In this document: in pieces, positions 31,567 to 41,263 of the stretch
Layout: each line of letters starts with the position of its first letter
How positions within the stretch are numbered: position 1 is the stretch's first letter
Assembly (NCBI GenBank): GCA_963816145.1
Contig: CAWFJP010000003.1
Location: forward strand, 704,001-768,000
Direction of reading: 5' to 3'
DNA: 64,000 nucleotides
From: an uncultured delta proteobacterium
Lineage (GTDB): Bacteria > Desulfobacterota > Binatia > UBA9968
Position numbers and translations under genes: made by a program
The notes under the pieces: generated by a model
Seen by the model: only the letters and a program-made list of their open reading frames with translations
The model's database searches: none
What the model was told of the DNA's origin: nothing

Positions 31567-31643
31567 AAAATCTCCCCTAACCCCTCTTTTCCAAAGAGGG
31601 GAACAATTTCCCCCCTTTGAAAAAGGGGGACCAAGGGGGATTT
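31567..31643. repeat. CCCCCTTTGAAAAAGGGGG-type double hairpin repeat
   Basis: AAATCTCCCCTAACCCCTCTTTTCCAAAGAGGGG...CCCCCTTTGAAAAAGGGGGACCAAGGGGGATTT. Confidence 0.75.
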
Positions 31644-31667
31644 ATCCCAGTCCTGCTTATCTAAGGA

Positions 31668-32798
31668 TCACGCCCCAACGAACCGCGCCCGCAAGTCATT
31701 CAAGATCTGGGAAGCCTCGCTCACCATGCGATCGACGATCTCCTTGGCCGGGACGTTGTTGCGCTCCTCGCTCAGCATGCCGGCCACTTGGCCGCCAGGG
31801 ACATGCAAGAGCTCGACGCGATTGGCGGCTTCGGCGGCGCGCCGCACTTCGTCCATGGCGTTGCCTTGGTAAGGTGTCGGCATGGCATCGAGCCCGGAAC
31901 TCATCCAGGCCTTGATCACGTCGCTGCGATAGTGCCGTGCAAAGTGGCCGCTGGTGTAGGCCGTGCGGACAAAGTCTTCCGAGCTGCCGTTGAGAATTTG
32001 CTTTTTATAAATCGGATTGATGCCGCCCTCTTTCGTCACTAAGAAAGTCGTGCCGCACCAAACACCGACCGCGCCGAGAGCCAGTGCCGCCGCGACGCCG
32101 CGGCCATCGGAAATTCCGCCGGCGGCGACCACCGGCTTCGGCCGCACGGCATCGACGATCTGCGGAATCAATGGGAAGTTGCCGATGGTGCCGGTATGTC
32201 CGCCCGCCTCGTAACCTTGAGCGATAATTACGTCGGCGCCCTTGCGCGCATGGCTGAGCGCATGCTTGACCGCGCCGGCGAGCGCCATGACTTTGATGCC
32301 GCGCTCGTGCGCCAAAGGCACGACTTCAGCGGTGTCGCCCAAACCGATGATGAGAATCGGCACTTTTTCCTCGAGAATGACTCTCAACTGCTCGCGTGTC
32401 GCGGCGGGAGTTTTTACCCAGCTCTTGCGATCCGGCGGCTGCGGCGTCAAGCCGAGACGTGGAATCAACTCGTCATTGAACTTGGCGTGCTTGGGAAATT
32501 TCTCTTGGATCTCTTTGCGCACTTCGTCAGGGTCGGGAATTTTGACATCCTCCATCTTCGGCAAAGTGATATCAACGCCGAACGGCTTGTCGGTCAGTTG
32601 CCGCACCGCGCGGATCCGTTCGCGAATGACTTCGGGACGAATCGAGCTACCACCGATGCAACCCAAACCGCCCGCGTTCGACACCGCAGCCACCAGCTCC
32701 GGCGGCGTGGTCAACCCTTCCTTGTCCCAGCCCATGCCGGCCTGAATGATCGGATATTTGATATTCAACAAATCGCATAACGGTGTATGTAAAGACAT
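31668..32798 (-). CDS. Nitronate monooxygenase / FabK-like flavoenzyme
   Basis: YPIIQAGM, AVSNAGGLG, QGYEAGGHTG, AAGGISDGRG. Confidence 0.9.
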   Translation of the reverse strand: MSLHTPLCDLLNIKYPIIQAGMGWDKEGLTTPPELVAAVSNAGGLGCIGGSSIRPEVIRERIRAVRQLTDKPFGVDITLPKMEDVKIPDPDEVRKEIQEKFPKHAKFNDELIPRLGLTPQPPDRKSWVKTPAATREQLRVILEEKVPILIIGLGDTAEVVPLAHERGIKVMALAGAVKHALSHARKGADVIIAQGYEAGGHTGTIGNFPLIPQIVDAVRPKPVVAAGGISDGRGVAAALALGAVGVWCGTTFLVTKEGGINPIYKKQILNGSSEDFVRTAYTSGHFARHYRSDVIKAWMSSGLDAMPTPYQGNAMDEVRRAAEAANRVELLHVPGGQVAGMLSEERNNVPAKEIVDRMVSEASQILNDLRARFVGA

Positions 32799-32863
32799 AA
32801 AAACTCCTCCAAAAAGCTGCGCTGAGCGAACCTATTAGCGTGTTTGGTTCCGATCCGAAAGAC

Positions 32864-32893
32864 CTTGAACTTTTGAACCTTGAACCCTTGAAC
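32864..32893. repeat. TTGAAC tandem repeat abutting a stop codon
   Basis: CTTGAACTTTTGAACCTTGAACCCTTGAAC. Confidence 0.75.
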
Positions 32894-32897
32894 GAAA

Positions 32898-33716
32898 TTA
32901 CTTCTTCCGATCCTCCGGCTTCACATACTTCACCGTGCCGCCGCCCTTTTGCGAGTGCAAATAACCTTCGACATCGTTGAGCGGATTGGTGTAATAGCGC
33001 ATGCGGTGCGACACCAAGTCATCGGTCTTGAGCGCGGTAAGAAAATCCATGTCCTTCATCATGTAAGCGGCGATCTTGGCGCTCTCCAGCGTTACCGCGT
33101 TGCGGCTGCCAAGCTCCTTCGATAGCTGCTCGACGTTCGCCAGCAACTGGTCGTCCGGCACCACTTCGGAAATGAGACCCACCCGTTCGGCATCGGCCGC
33201 AGTCAAATTACGCCCGGTGAGTTGAATATAAAAGGCTTTCTTCACCGGCAGACCGCTGTGGAACAGCGTCGAAGTCGCCACCGCGCCATAACTGCCGCGG
33301 ATCACCTCCGGCATGCCGAACTTCGCCGACGCCCCGGCGATGCAGAGATCATGGCCGTTGATCAAAGCCAGCCCGCCGCCAAGACACCAACCGCGCACCG
33401 CCGCCACCGTCACTTGCGGCATGGCGCGCAACAGGCGCACGATCTCGTAAGTCGATCCCGCGTGATCCCAAGCGCGCTTGCGCTTCCACGATTCGCGCAG
33501 ATCGTAAAGATCGAGCCCCGACGAATAAGAATCACCCGAGCCCATGGTCACGACACATTTGATCTTGTCGTTTTCGGCGATATCTTTCAGAGCCTTGATC
33601 AATTCCGCCATGAACTTCTGGCTCATGGCGTTCTTCTTCTCCGGCCGGTTAAAGGTCAGCCAAGCGACCCCGGTTTCTTCATCGATTTTTTGCAGAACCG
33701 TCGTTAGTTCAGCCAT
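32898..33716 (-). CDS. Enoyl-CoA hydratase/crotonase family protein
   Basis: FNRPEKKNAMS, SGLDL, VRGWCLGGG, FGMPE. Confidence 0.88.
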   Translation of the reverse strand: MAELTTVLQKIDEETGVAWLTFNRPEKKNAMSQKFMAELIKALKDIAENDKIKCVVTMGSGDSYSSGLDLYDLRESWKRKRAWDHAGSTYEIVRLLRAMPQVTVAAVRGWCLGGGLALINGHDLCIAGASAKFGMPEVIRGSYGAVATSTLFHSGLPVKKAFYIQLTGRNLTAADAERVGLISEVVPDDQLLANVEQLSKELGSRNAVTLESAKIAAYMMKDMDFLTALKTDDLVSHRMRYYTNPLNDVEGYLHSQKGGGTVKYVKPEDRKK

Positions 33717-33799
33717 TTCTTACCTCCAAATTTACACATCGATCATTGGCGCTTAACACAGAAAACAAACATCTCACAACCTTAGGAGGAACATTTCCG

Positions 33800-34534
33800 C
33801 TACAATCGCGCCCCATGGAATTTGGCAAACGCGATAGCATGGGCAGTAAGAGATGTAGCGAAGTTTCTAAAACTAATCTCATCGGCGGGTTCGGTATACT
33901 CGCCGCGTAGGCCCTTTGTCGGATCGGAGAGAATCAAACAAGCCGCATCATATAGCCGTTCCCGCACCAACTTCTGACAAAAGATCCGATAACGGTCCGC
34001 GTAAGATGACAAGCGGAATTCCGGAAAAACAGCGAAATGAGGTTCACGGATATCCACAGGGCTTCTGGAGCCTGGCGAATCTTCAAGCAGCATGAAATAG
34101 CCACACCACGGCCGCTGCGATAGCTTGAAGGCTCCTTCACGATAAGCGGTTTGAATATCGGTGGCGTTGCCGATCGCCTCTTCGGTTCGATTATTGAAGT
34201 TGTTGCCGAAGGAGCCCACCTGCGACTTGAACTCAACAACCGCCAGGAGAGCACCATCGACCACCGCGACAATGTCCCACTCCTTGGTAGGACGGAACCA
34301 GCCTGGTATCACAACTTGCTTCTTTTCTATATGCACATGCTGTTTGGAGATCCCGCTTTCGATCAGGAGATCAGCCATCAAAGCAATGAAGCCGTCGATT
34401 TGTTTGCCGCCGGTAACCGCACTTCGGCTGCCGTAGTCCTTCTTTCCAGTCGCGCGGCCTTGATTTTTCGCCTGTCGTCGCCGGGTACGCCAAAACTGAC
34501 TCACTGCAACTCTTAAGCGACTCTCCAACTCCAT
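33800..34534 (-). CDS. PaeR7I/XhoI-family type II restriction endonuclease
   Basis: RSAVTGGKQIDGF, PGWFRPTKEWD, EFKSQVGSFGNNFNNRTEEAIG, TAYREGAF. Confidence 0.88.
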   Translation of the reverse strand: MELESRLRVAVSQFWRTRRRQAKNQGRATGKKDYGSRSAVTGGKQIDGFIALMADLLIESGISKQHVHIEKKQVVIPGWFRPTKEWDIVAVVDGALLAVVEFKSQVGSFGNNFNNRTEEAIGNATDIQTAYREGAFKLSQRPWCGYFMLLEDSPGSRSPVDIREPHFAVFPEFRLSSYADRYRIFCQKLVRERLYDAACLILSDPTKGLRGEYTEPADEISFRNFATSLTAHAIAFAKFHGARL

Positions 34535-34550
34535 AACTGGAAGCCGGCAA

Positions 34551-35615
34551 CTAACGGTGGTCGACTATCGAAACCTGGGAAAAAAGATCCCGCGATTTTT
34601 CGACAATCGATGTGTAGGCAAGCTCGAAGTAGTGCGGATCGATCTCGACGCCAATACTATTTCGCCCGCAACGAGCCGCAGCGATGCTCGTCGACCCGGT
34701 TCCCATGAATGGATCGAGGATCGTATCGCCGGCGAAACTAAACATGCGAATTAACCGTTCCGCGAGGTCGACTGGATAGGGCGCTGGGTGCTGCTTGGTG
34801 GAAGCTCCTGGCAAATCATCCCAAGTGATGCGGAACCATTTTTGGTAGTTTTCTTCCGATATCACGCTCATGATACGTGTTGCCACCGACGGGCTGCGAT
34901 ATCCGCCCGGCTTACGTTGCATAAGAATGTATTCCACGTCGTTTTTGATGACGGCATTAGGTTCGTAAGGCTTACCTAGAAAACCGGAACCATTATCAAC
35001 TTCGTATGCTGCGTTGGCGATCTTTAGCCATAGGATCCCCTGAACATTATCGAAACCGAGCTTCCGGCAGCGATCTTGTATCGACGCGTGAAGAGGCACA
35101 ACGGTGTGTCTCCCGTTGTTTTTTCGCCGCGACAAGCAAACGTCACCGACAACCACGATCAGGCGTCCCCCCGGCACCAACGCGCGATGGCAGTGCGCCC
35201 AGACCTTATCGAGCTCAGTGAGAAATTTCTCGTAATCTTCAACGTAGCCTAGTTGGCCGGTCGTCTTGCGGTATTCTTTCAAAGTCCAATAGGGCGGCGA
35301 GCAAATGACGAGATGGACGCATGACGGCGCGAGAAATTCCATGCTTGTTGCGTCACTTAGATATACATCGTGCCTCGTCGGCACCCGTCGCAATGCGTCG
35401 TTGATAAGTCGAGTGAGCTTCGGGTCTTTGGCGATTCGCGGTAGCGCTGTTTGATGATCGGCGCCTACGTTTCCTACCTCCGGTGGAACATAAACGCTCA
35501 CATCGATGTTTGCCGGCTGAGGTGGGGTTTTGGGCTCCACTAAGTCCATAGCATGAGCCACACTGCGGGCTTTTCGCTGCTTTCGCTCAACAACTGGATC
35601 TGTTTGTGGCTTCAT
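34551..35615 (-). CDS. Beta-class N4/N6 DNA methyltransferase
   Basis: Motif IV SPPY precedes HPAPYP and motif I ILDPFMGTGS. Adjacent to the restriction endonuclease. Confidence 0.92.
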   Translation of the reverse strand: MKPQTDPVVERKQRKARSVAHAMDLVEPKTPPQPANIDVSVYVPPEVGNVGADHQTALPRIAKDPKLTRLINDALRRVPTRHDVYLSDATSMEFLAPSCVHLVICSPPYWTLKEYRKTTGQLGYVEDYEKFLTELDKVWAHCHRALVPGGRLIVVVGDVCLSRRKNNGRHTVVPLHASIQDRCRKLGFDNVQGILWLKIANAAYEVDNGSGFLGKPYEPNAVIKNDVEYILMQRKPGGYRSPSVATRIMSVISEENYQKWFRITWDDLPGASTKQHPAPYPVDLAERLIRMFSFAGDTILDPFMGTGSTSIAAARCGRNSIGVEIDPHYFELAYTSIVEKSRDLFSQVSIVDHR

Positions 35616-35705
35616 CGAATAGAATCGCTAACTGACAGGAAAACTCTCGGCAAGCACCATAAAACTACGAATGAACCGTTTAAGCAATCTACGGATGGTC
35701 GACAG

Positions 35706-36164
35706 TTAGCGTTTCACGATGTTCGGATAGTCCACCATGTCGCGCTGGCCGCTGTTGCGGTACAGCCGCTTGCCGGCGCGCGGGTAGTCGACGACATCTT
35801 GCGCCAGGCGCAAGCCGATGACGAGACAAACCAGCGGCTCGCTGCCGTCGTTGATGGTCTCGTGGGCGGGACCGCCGCCGGGGAAACCGAGGAAATCGCC
35901 GGGAGCGATTTTGAACGATTCTTCGCCGATCACCGCCGTGCCCCGGCCGGATAGAACATAGATCGCTTCGTCTTCAAACTTGTGGCTGTGATACTCCGAC
36001 GAGCGATTCCCCGGCGCCACCGTCATCATATGAACACCGAGATTTTTCAGACCAGCGGCGTCGCCCAACGATTTGTTGATGCGCTTAGCCGCGGGGTTGA
36101 CGAAATGAATTCGCTGCTCGCCTTGCATAGCGGCGATTTTATCAGCGGATAAGTACATAGGCAC
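35706..36164 (-). CDS. Cupin domain protein
   Basis: SLGDAAGL, SEYHSHKFEDEAIYVLSG, AHETIN, DVVDYP. Confidence 0.88.
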   Translation of the reverse strand: MPMYLSADKIAAMQGEQRIHFVNPAAKRINKSLGDAAGLKNLGVHMMTVAPGNRSSEYHSHKFEDEAIYVLSGRGTAVIGEESFKIAPGDFLGFPGGGPAHETINDGSEPLVCLVIGLRLAQDVVDYPRAGKRLYRNSGQRDMVDYPNIVKR

Positions 36165-36180
36165 CTCGACACAAAAATTT

Positions 36181-36289
36181 GTTCAAATCGTTCAAGCCCC
36201 CTCCTTCATCCTCCCCCGCGACGCGGGGGAGGAAAGAGGTAGGGGATTGAACGGCGCGAAGCGGTTGAACGACTTGAACGGTTTGAACA
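36181..36289. repeat. Composite element: GTTCAA/TTGAAC arms enclosing a CCTCCCCCGCG hairpin
   Basis: GTTCAAATCGTTCAAG-CCCCCTCCTTCATCCTCCCCCGCGACGCGGGGGAGG...GATTGAACGG...TTGAACGACTTGAACGGTTTGAAC. Confidence 0.8.
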
Positions 36290-36296
36290 CCCATTC

Positions 36297-37280
36297 TCAC
36301 TCGGCGAGTAAGAATGGCACGACAATTTCCGCCAACTCGACCGGCTTCTCATGCGGAATATGATGCCCCGCCCCTTCGATGGGGACAATCTTCGCATTGG
36401 GAAACAGTTGGGCGCGGTGACCGCGCACCGACTTCATGAAATCGCTCTCGGTGCCGTAGACGAACAAGATCGGACACTTGAGCCGGCGAATGAACGCTTC
36501 GATCTGCTTCTCGGACATCGCCGTGGTCGTTCGGTAACGCAGGATCGGATCATGCTTCCAGCGATAACGCCCCCCTTTGGTATGCGTGCCATGCTTGGCC
36601 ATATGGAGCGCGGCGCGGTCGGGAATCAACGGAAAAGTTTTCTGGATCGCCTTGGCGGCCGCCTCCAAGGATTCGTGGGGGAACGGGATCTCGACGTAGT
36701 TTCGCCCCTTCAAGCGTTCGGCCATGATTTCCGGCACTTCCTCGTCCGCGCGCGCAAAGGGCCCGAGGGATTCGAGCAGCACCATGCGCTTGACCCGTTC
36801 CGGGAACGTGCCGGCATAAAGCAAACACATGCTGCCGCCCAGGGAATGGCCGATGATCGTCACCGGCTCCTTGTCCAAGTGTTTCAACAGCCCGGCGAGG
36901 TCGGTGAGAAAATCTTCGTGCGCGTAGCCGCGGCTGGTGCTCGGCCAGTCGCTGTCGCCATGACCGCGCAGGTCGAGAGCGACCGCATGCTTGATCGGCA
37001 CGCCGCGGCTGATCAGCTCATCGAGAAAATGATCCCAACTGCGCCCCTGGTCGCGCACGCCATGAACAAAGACGTAAGTCTCCTCCCGCGGATCGCCCCA
37101 CTCCCAGTAATGCAGCCGCAACCCGTCATGTTCGAAGTAACGCCGGCGCGGTTCTTGATCCTTGGCGTGCGCGATTTTCTTGGCCTGTTTCGCGCCCCGG
37201 AGAGCGGCTTTTTCTGCGCGAATCTTGGTTTTTGCTTTGGTTTTGACGACTCTCTTTTTAACACTCTTCTTCATGGACAT
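36297..37280 (-). CDS. Alpha/beta hydrolase with a Lys-rich N-terminal extension
   Basis: FVHG, DLRGHGDS, nucleophile elbow GHSLGG, GAGHHIPHE. Confidence 0.9.
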   Translation of the reverse strand: MSMKKSVKKRVVKTKAKTKIRAEKAALRGAKQAKKIAHAKDQEPRRRYFEHDGLRLHYWEWGDPREETYVFVHGVRDQGRSWDHFLDELISRGVPIKHAVALDLRGHGDSDWPSTSRGYAHEDFLTDLAGLLKHLDKEPVTIIGHSLGGSMCLLYAGTFPERVKRMVLLESLGPFARADEEVPEIMAERLKGRNYVEIPFPHESLEAAAKAIQKTFPLIPDRAALHMAKHGTHTKGGRYRWKHDPILRYRTTTAMSEKQIEAFIRRLKCPILFVYGTESDFMKSVRGHRAQLFPNAKIVPIEGAGHHIPHEKPVELAEIVVPFLLAE

Positions 37281-37610
37281 TCCTTAGCTGTGGTTCAATG
37301 GATTCAAACTAGCGACTAAGAGCGGCTGCGCATCGGGTTCGTCATAGCTCTGCCGCATATAAACACGGCCAAAACAATTCTTGCAAGCCGCGAGACGCTC
37401 GGCGTTAGCGTTGACCACCCACGCCAGCACCGACTTCCGCGCTTGCGTCAAAATGCCGCCGGTGCCTTTGATGCAAATCCCGCGCGCTTTGATCACCCTA
37501 CACTTCGCGCGCTCTGCGCGCAAAGAAACCATCGGCATGACACGCCGACCAGGCCTACGTAATGAATTTAATCCGGTAATCGTTAAAGGATACTGTCAGC
37601 AGCCAAGATC

Positions 37611-38588
37611 CTACCGTCTGCCCAATTCCTTCAAGGCCTCCTCGGCATAGCTATGGTCCAAGTATTTCGACGGCGGCGGCAAGGCGCCGCCTTTGAACAC
37701 ACCGCGTTCGCCTGAAATCTGAATGACCGTGCGCACCCCTTCGACGTTGGTTTCCGCGTTGGGATTCCAGATCTTGTTCTCCGTGTAATACTCCCAGCCG
37801 CGGCGCGCTTGTTCCGGTTTGAGCTGCATCTCCTTCGATAAAAACTCGATCGCCGGTTCCTTATTGTCATGCATCCAGCGCATCGCCAGGACCAGCCCTT
37901 TCATGAAACGCACCGTCAAGCCCCGGTTTTTCTCCGCCCACGCGCGCTTAACCGTCACTTCCGTCAACTGATAATTGGGAATGTAGTCGACGACCTTGGC
38001 GATAATCGGATGGCCCATTTGCGCCGCTTCATAATTGAGCGGCACAGCGATAATCGCGGCGTCGATCCGACCCGCCGTCAAGGAAATAAACGCCTGGGCC
38101 GAGCCGCCGACATTGATCAGGTTGTAATCGCGCGGATATTCTAGACCTTTCGCCTTCAGTACCCGGCGCAACACAAACGCGGTACCCGAAGTGAGTCCTG
38201 ACGAGCCGATATTCGCCCCTTTGAGATCTTCAAAGCTTTTGAATTTTTTGCCGCCCATAATGTAGTGCGTCAATCCGTTGATCACACCGCCGATGCTGAC
38301 CAGATCGGCGCCCTGCTCCACTGCCGCGATCACCGTATCGGTGCCGCCGCTGGACACGTTTACCGATCCTCCGACCAGCGCCATCGTCGATTTATCAGCG
38401 CCGGATACCAATACCAGCTGCGTATCCAGTCCCTGCTTGTCGAAAAACCCCAGCTTGCTGGCCACCCACATTGGGCTGTAGCCGAGCGTCTTGGACGAAG
38501 CGCTTATGGGGAACTTTATTTTCTCCTGCGCCACGCTGGAAGCCGCCACCGCCACCAGACAGAACAATTGCAACAATATAGTCATCAT
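37611..38588 (-). CDS. ABC substrate-binding protein, NMT1/SsuA-like
   Basis: Start trimmed to MMTILLQL with a signal peptide. LGFFDKQGL, DLKGANIG. Confidence 0.87.
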   Translation of the reverse strand: MMTILLQLFCLVAVAASSVAQEKIKFPISASSKTLGYSPMWVASKLGFFDKQGLDTQLVLVSGADKSTMALVGGSVNVSSGGTDTVIAAVEQGADLVSIGGVINGLTHYIMGGKKFKSFEDLKGANIGSSGLTSGTAFVLRRVLKAKGLEYPRDYNLINVGGSAQAFISLTAGRIDAAIIAVPLNYEAAQMGHPIIAKVVDYIPNYQLTEVTVKRAWAEKNRGLTVRFMKGLVLAMRWMHDNKEPAIEFLSKEMQLKPEQARRGWEYYTENKIWNPNAETNVEGVRTVIQISGERGVFKGGALPPPSKYLDHSYAEEALKELGRR

Positions 38589-38666
38589 TTGCCGGCTCCC
38601 TAGAGTGTCGGGCCTATCCGTCCGCGCTTCTTGAAAAAAGCGTCCGCTATACGCTGCGCTAGTCAT

Positions 38667-39746
38667 TTACTTCCTCGCCTCCTCAACATACTTCTGGACA
38701 AACTCGACGACCTCCTTCGGTGCCCTCAGCACTTTTTCTCGCAGTTTCTCGCCATTCTCGCCGATCTCAAAGCGCGGTTGAAAGCGCATGATCTTTTTCG
38801 CTTCGGCGATGAACTCTTCATCCTTGGCGAGCTGGGTGAAGGCCTGGCGCATGGTCAGCACCGCTTCATTGGGCGAGCCTGGCGGCAAGAGCGCAACACG
38901 GTTGAGATTCTGGCTCGCCATATTGGCAGCCTTCAGCGCCTCATATTTCATCCCGCTCGGCGCCTTGCCGTGGATTTGGGTGTATATTTCAGTGAAGGAG
39001 CTGAGCTCAGGATAATCCAGGCTCTTTCGCATGTTGCCGTCGGGCGCGATCACGTCATGATAGTAAAGCGGTGTTACCATGCCGGTCTTGACCATTTGCG
39101 GCTCGACCACGCCGCGGTACCCCGGGATGTTTTCGTCATGGTATTGAATCTCATTGCGCTGCACCGCGAGTCGCGCGTCGTTGCTGCTGTTGTAGCCGGT
39201 GACGTAATCGTACTTGACGCCAAGCACGTCGAAGGCCAAGCGAAAGCGCAAGTCCTTATTGCTATCGAACGACAAACCGCCGGCGCGAAAACGTTCGGCC
39301 TTGATAATATCAGTCGGCTTCTTGATACCCGGCGCGACATCGGAGCGAATGTAGCACACCGTGACACCTTCCACTGACGCGATATAGGGCACCTTCATCA
39401 GGTCGACGCGCAGGGTCGAGCTCTTCATCATCTGGTGATTATACGGTCCGGTGAAATAACCCAGCGTCAGACCGTCCGGCTTGGCCTTTTCGCCAAGAAA
39501 GTTGATGCCCGTTACGCCGCCGCCACCGGACATATTCTGCACGACGATCGTCGGACTACCGGGAATAAAGCGCGCCAAATGCCGGGCAACAATGCGGCCT
39601 TCGATGTCGGTCGGGCCACCGGCGCTGAAGTTGATAAAAAAGGTGACGGTTTTGCCTTGATAAAAAGGACGCTCCGCCGTGTGAGACCGCACGGGCACAA
39701 GCATCGAGATGAACGCGATAACCGCAACTCGTACCATCCAATTCAT
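38667..39746 (-). CDS. TctC/Bug-like substrate-binding protein
   Basis: FYQGKTV, AGGPTD, IPGSP, QNMSGGGG, KPDGLT. Confidence 0.87.
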   Translation of the reverse strand: MNWMVRVAVIAFISMLVPVRSHTAERPFYQGKTVTFFINFSAGGPTDIEGRIVARHLARFIPGSPTIVVQNMSGGGGVTGINFLGEKAKPDGLTLGYFTGPYNHQMMKSSTLRVDLMKVPYIASVEGVTVCYIRSDVAPGIKKPTDIIKAERFRAGGLSFDSNKDLRFRLAFDVLGVKYDYVTGYNSSNDARLAVQRNEIQYHDENIPGYRGVVEPQMVKTGMVTPLYYHDVIAPDGNMRKSLDYPELSSFTEIYTQIHGKAPSGMKYEALKAANMASQNLNRVALLPPGSPNEAVLTMRQAFTQLAKDEEFIAEAKKIMRFQPRFEIGENGEKLREKVLRAPKEVVEFVQKYVEEARK

Positions 39747-39764
39747 GTTCCTTCCTCCTTGGGG

Positions 39765-40760
39765 TCAACGACCGCCTAGTTCTTTCAACGCCTCTTTTTG
39801 ATAACTCTGATCGATATATTTTTGCGGGCCGGGCACGGGTCCTTTCGCCTGTGACGATTCCCAGAAGATCTGCGTCGCCACATTCATGCCCTCGACATTG
39901 ACGCCGGCGTCGATCGGCCAGATCTTGTTCTCGATATAATACTCCCAGCCGCGCCGCGCGTAATCCGGCGTCAGATCCAATTCCTTCGCCATGAACGCCA
40001 CTGCCGCTTCTTTATTGGCATAAAACCAGCGGTGCACCGCGATCATGGCGCGCATGAAACGCACCATCAACGGGCGATTCTTCTCCGCCACCGCACGAGA
40101 AACAGTGAACGCGCCGAACTGATAGCTTGGGATCACGTCGATGATGCGCCCCACCGGATGAAAGCCTTGATCGGCGGCGACAAAATTCAATGGCACGCCG
40201 AGCGCCGCCGCGTGCACCTGCCCGGCAGCCAGTGCCGCCAGCGTCGGTCCGGCGCTGCCGGTGGCCAAAATCTGATAGTCGCGGCCGTATTCGAAGCTCT
40301 TGGCTTTGAAATAACGCCGCAAAGCGAAACCCAAGCCCGAGGTTGCGCTGGTGGCGCCAATGATCTTGCCGCGCAGGTCGTTGAGGGTTTGAATGTTCTT
40401 CGTCGTCATCAGCACCTGGGACAACCCGTTGATGGTGCCGCCGATCATGACGACGTCGATGCCGCGCTCCACCGCGGCGATATGCGCGTCCGATCCCGAC
40501 GCCGAGACATAGACGGAACCGCTCAGCACCGCCGCCAGCGACTTATCCGCACCGCGCACATATACCAACTGCGGCTCGAAATCCTCGCGCTCCATGAAGC
40601 CCAGCTTCGCCGATGCCAACATCGGTCCATAGCCGAGGCTCTTGCTGGTAATGCTGTAGGGAAACTTGACCTTGGATTGAGCGAAGCTCGGCCAAGGCGC
40701 GATCAATACCAGCGACGTGAAAAAGTATGCAACTCTCTTGGCCAGTATGATCAGTTTCAT
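39765..40760 (-). CDS. ABC substrate-binding protein, paralog of 37611-38588
   Basis: Shared KxLGYxPM, GADKS and ARRGWEYYxENKIW motifs. Confidence 0.87.
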   Translation of the reverse strand: MKLIILAKRVAYFFTSLVLIAPWPSFAQSKVKFPYSITSKSLGYGPMLASAKLGFMEREDFEPQLVYVRGADKSLAAVLSGSVYVSASGSDAHIAAVERGIDVVMIGGTINGLSQVLMTTKNIQTLNDLRGKIIGATSATSGLGFALRRYFKAKSFEYGRDYQILATGSAGPTLAALAAGQVHAAALGVPLNFVAADQGFHPVGRIIDVIPSYQFGAFTVSRAVAEKNRPLMVRFMRAMIAVHRWFYANKEAAVAFMAKELDLTPDYARRGWEYYIENKIWPIDAGVNVEGMNVATQIFWESSQAKGPVPGPQKYIDQSYQKEALKELGGR

Positions 40761-40885
40761 CAGTTTATCCCGCCGCTGACGACTTCTAATGTAGAATCCA
40801 CCGTTCCAAGAGGAGTACATCGGGAACGGTTTTAACGTCAAGCTAGATCGAGAAAGAGTAATCGCTTGCTAAGGGTTAAAGAGAA

Positions 40886-41216
40886 AGATTTCTCGCTCCG
40901 CTCGAAATGACAAGGTGTGCATGGTTGTCATCCCGAACAAAGAGAGGGATCTTGACCGAAGATCCCCCTGTTACGTGGAGTATTTTCCGAGCTTCGTGGC
41001 CTTCGTGTCCTCCTTAGAAAATACAGGTGCAGGTATGATCCGGGCGACAAATTGGCACGCGGTTTCCGTCATACCGGCGAAAGCCGGTATCCATCCCCTC
41101 CCTCCCCTGGATGCCGGCCTTCGCCGGCATGACGAATCAGGGGAAGAACCATGTGGTGCTGAGGGCTGCAATTTCATACTCTGTAGACGAGCGCAAGCTC
41201 ATGGACACTTCGTGAT
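40886..41216. repeat. Cluster of REP-like elements in the intergenic region between divergent genes
   Basis: AGATTTCTCG...GAAATGACA/TGTCATCCCG...GGGATCT pair, CTTCGTG repeats, and GTCATACCGGCGAAAGCCGGTATCC...GGATGCCGGCCTTCGCCGGCATGAC. Confidence 0.75.
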
Positions 41217-41263
41217 GTAATATAGTTCCGCAATCATTTCGAAAAATCGACAAGAGGTACGCC

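Noticed and set aside
37284-37538. 84-aa ORF upstream of the alpha/beta hydrolase
   Set aside because: No recognisable motif or RBS. More likely promoter or intergenic sequence.
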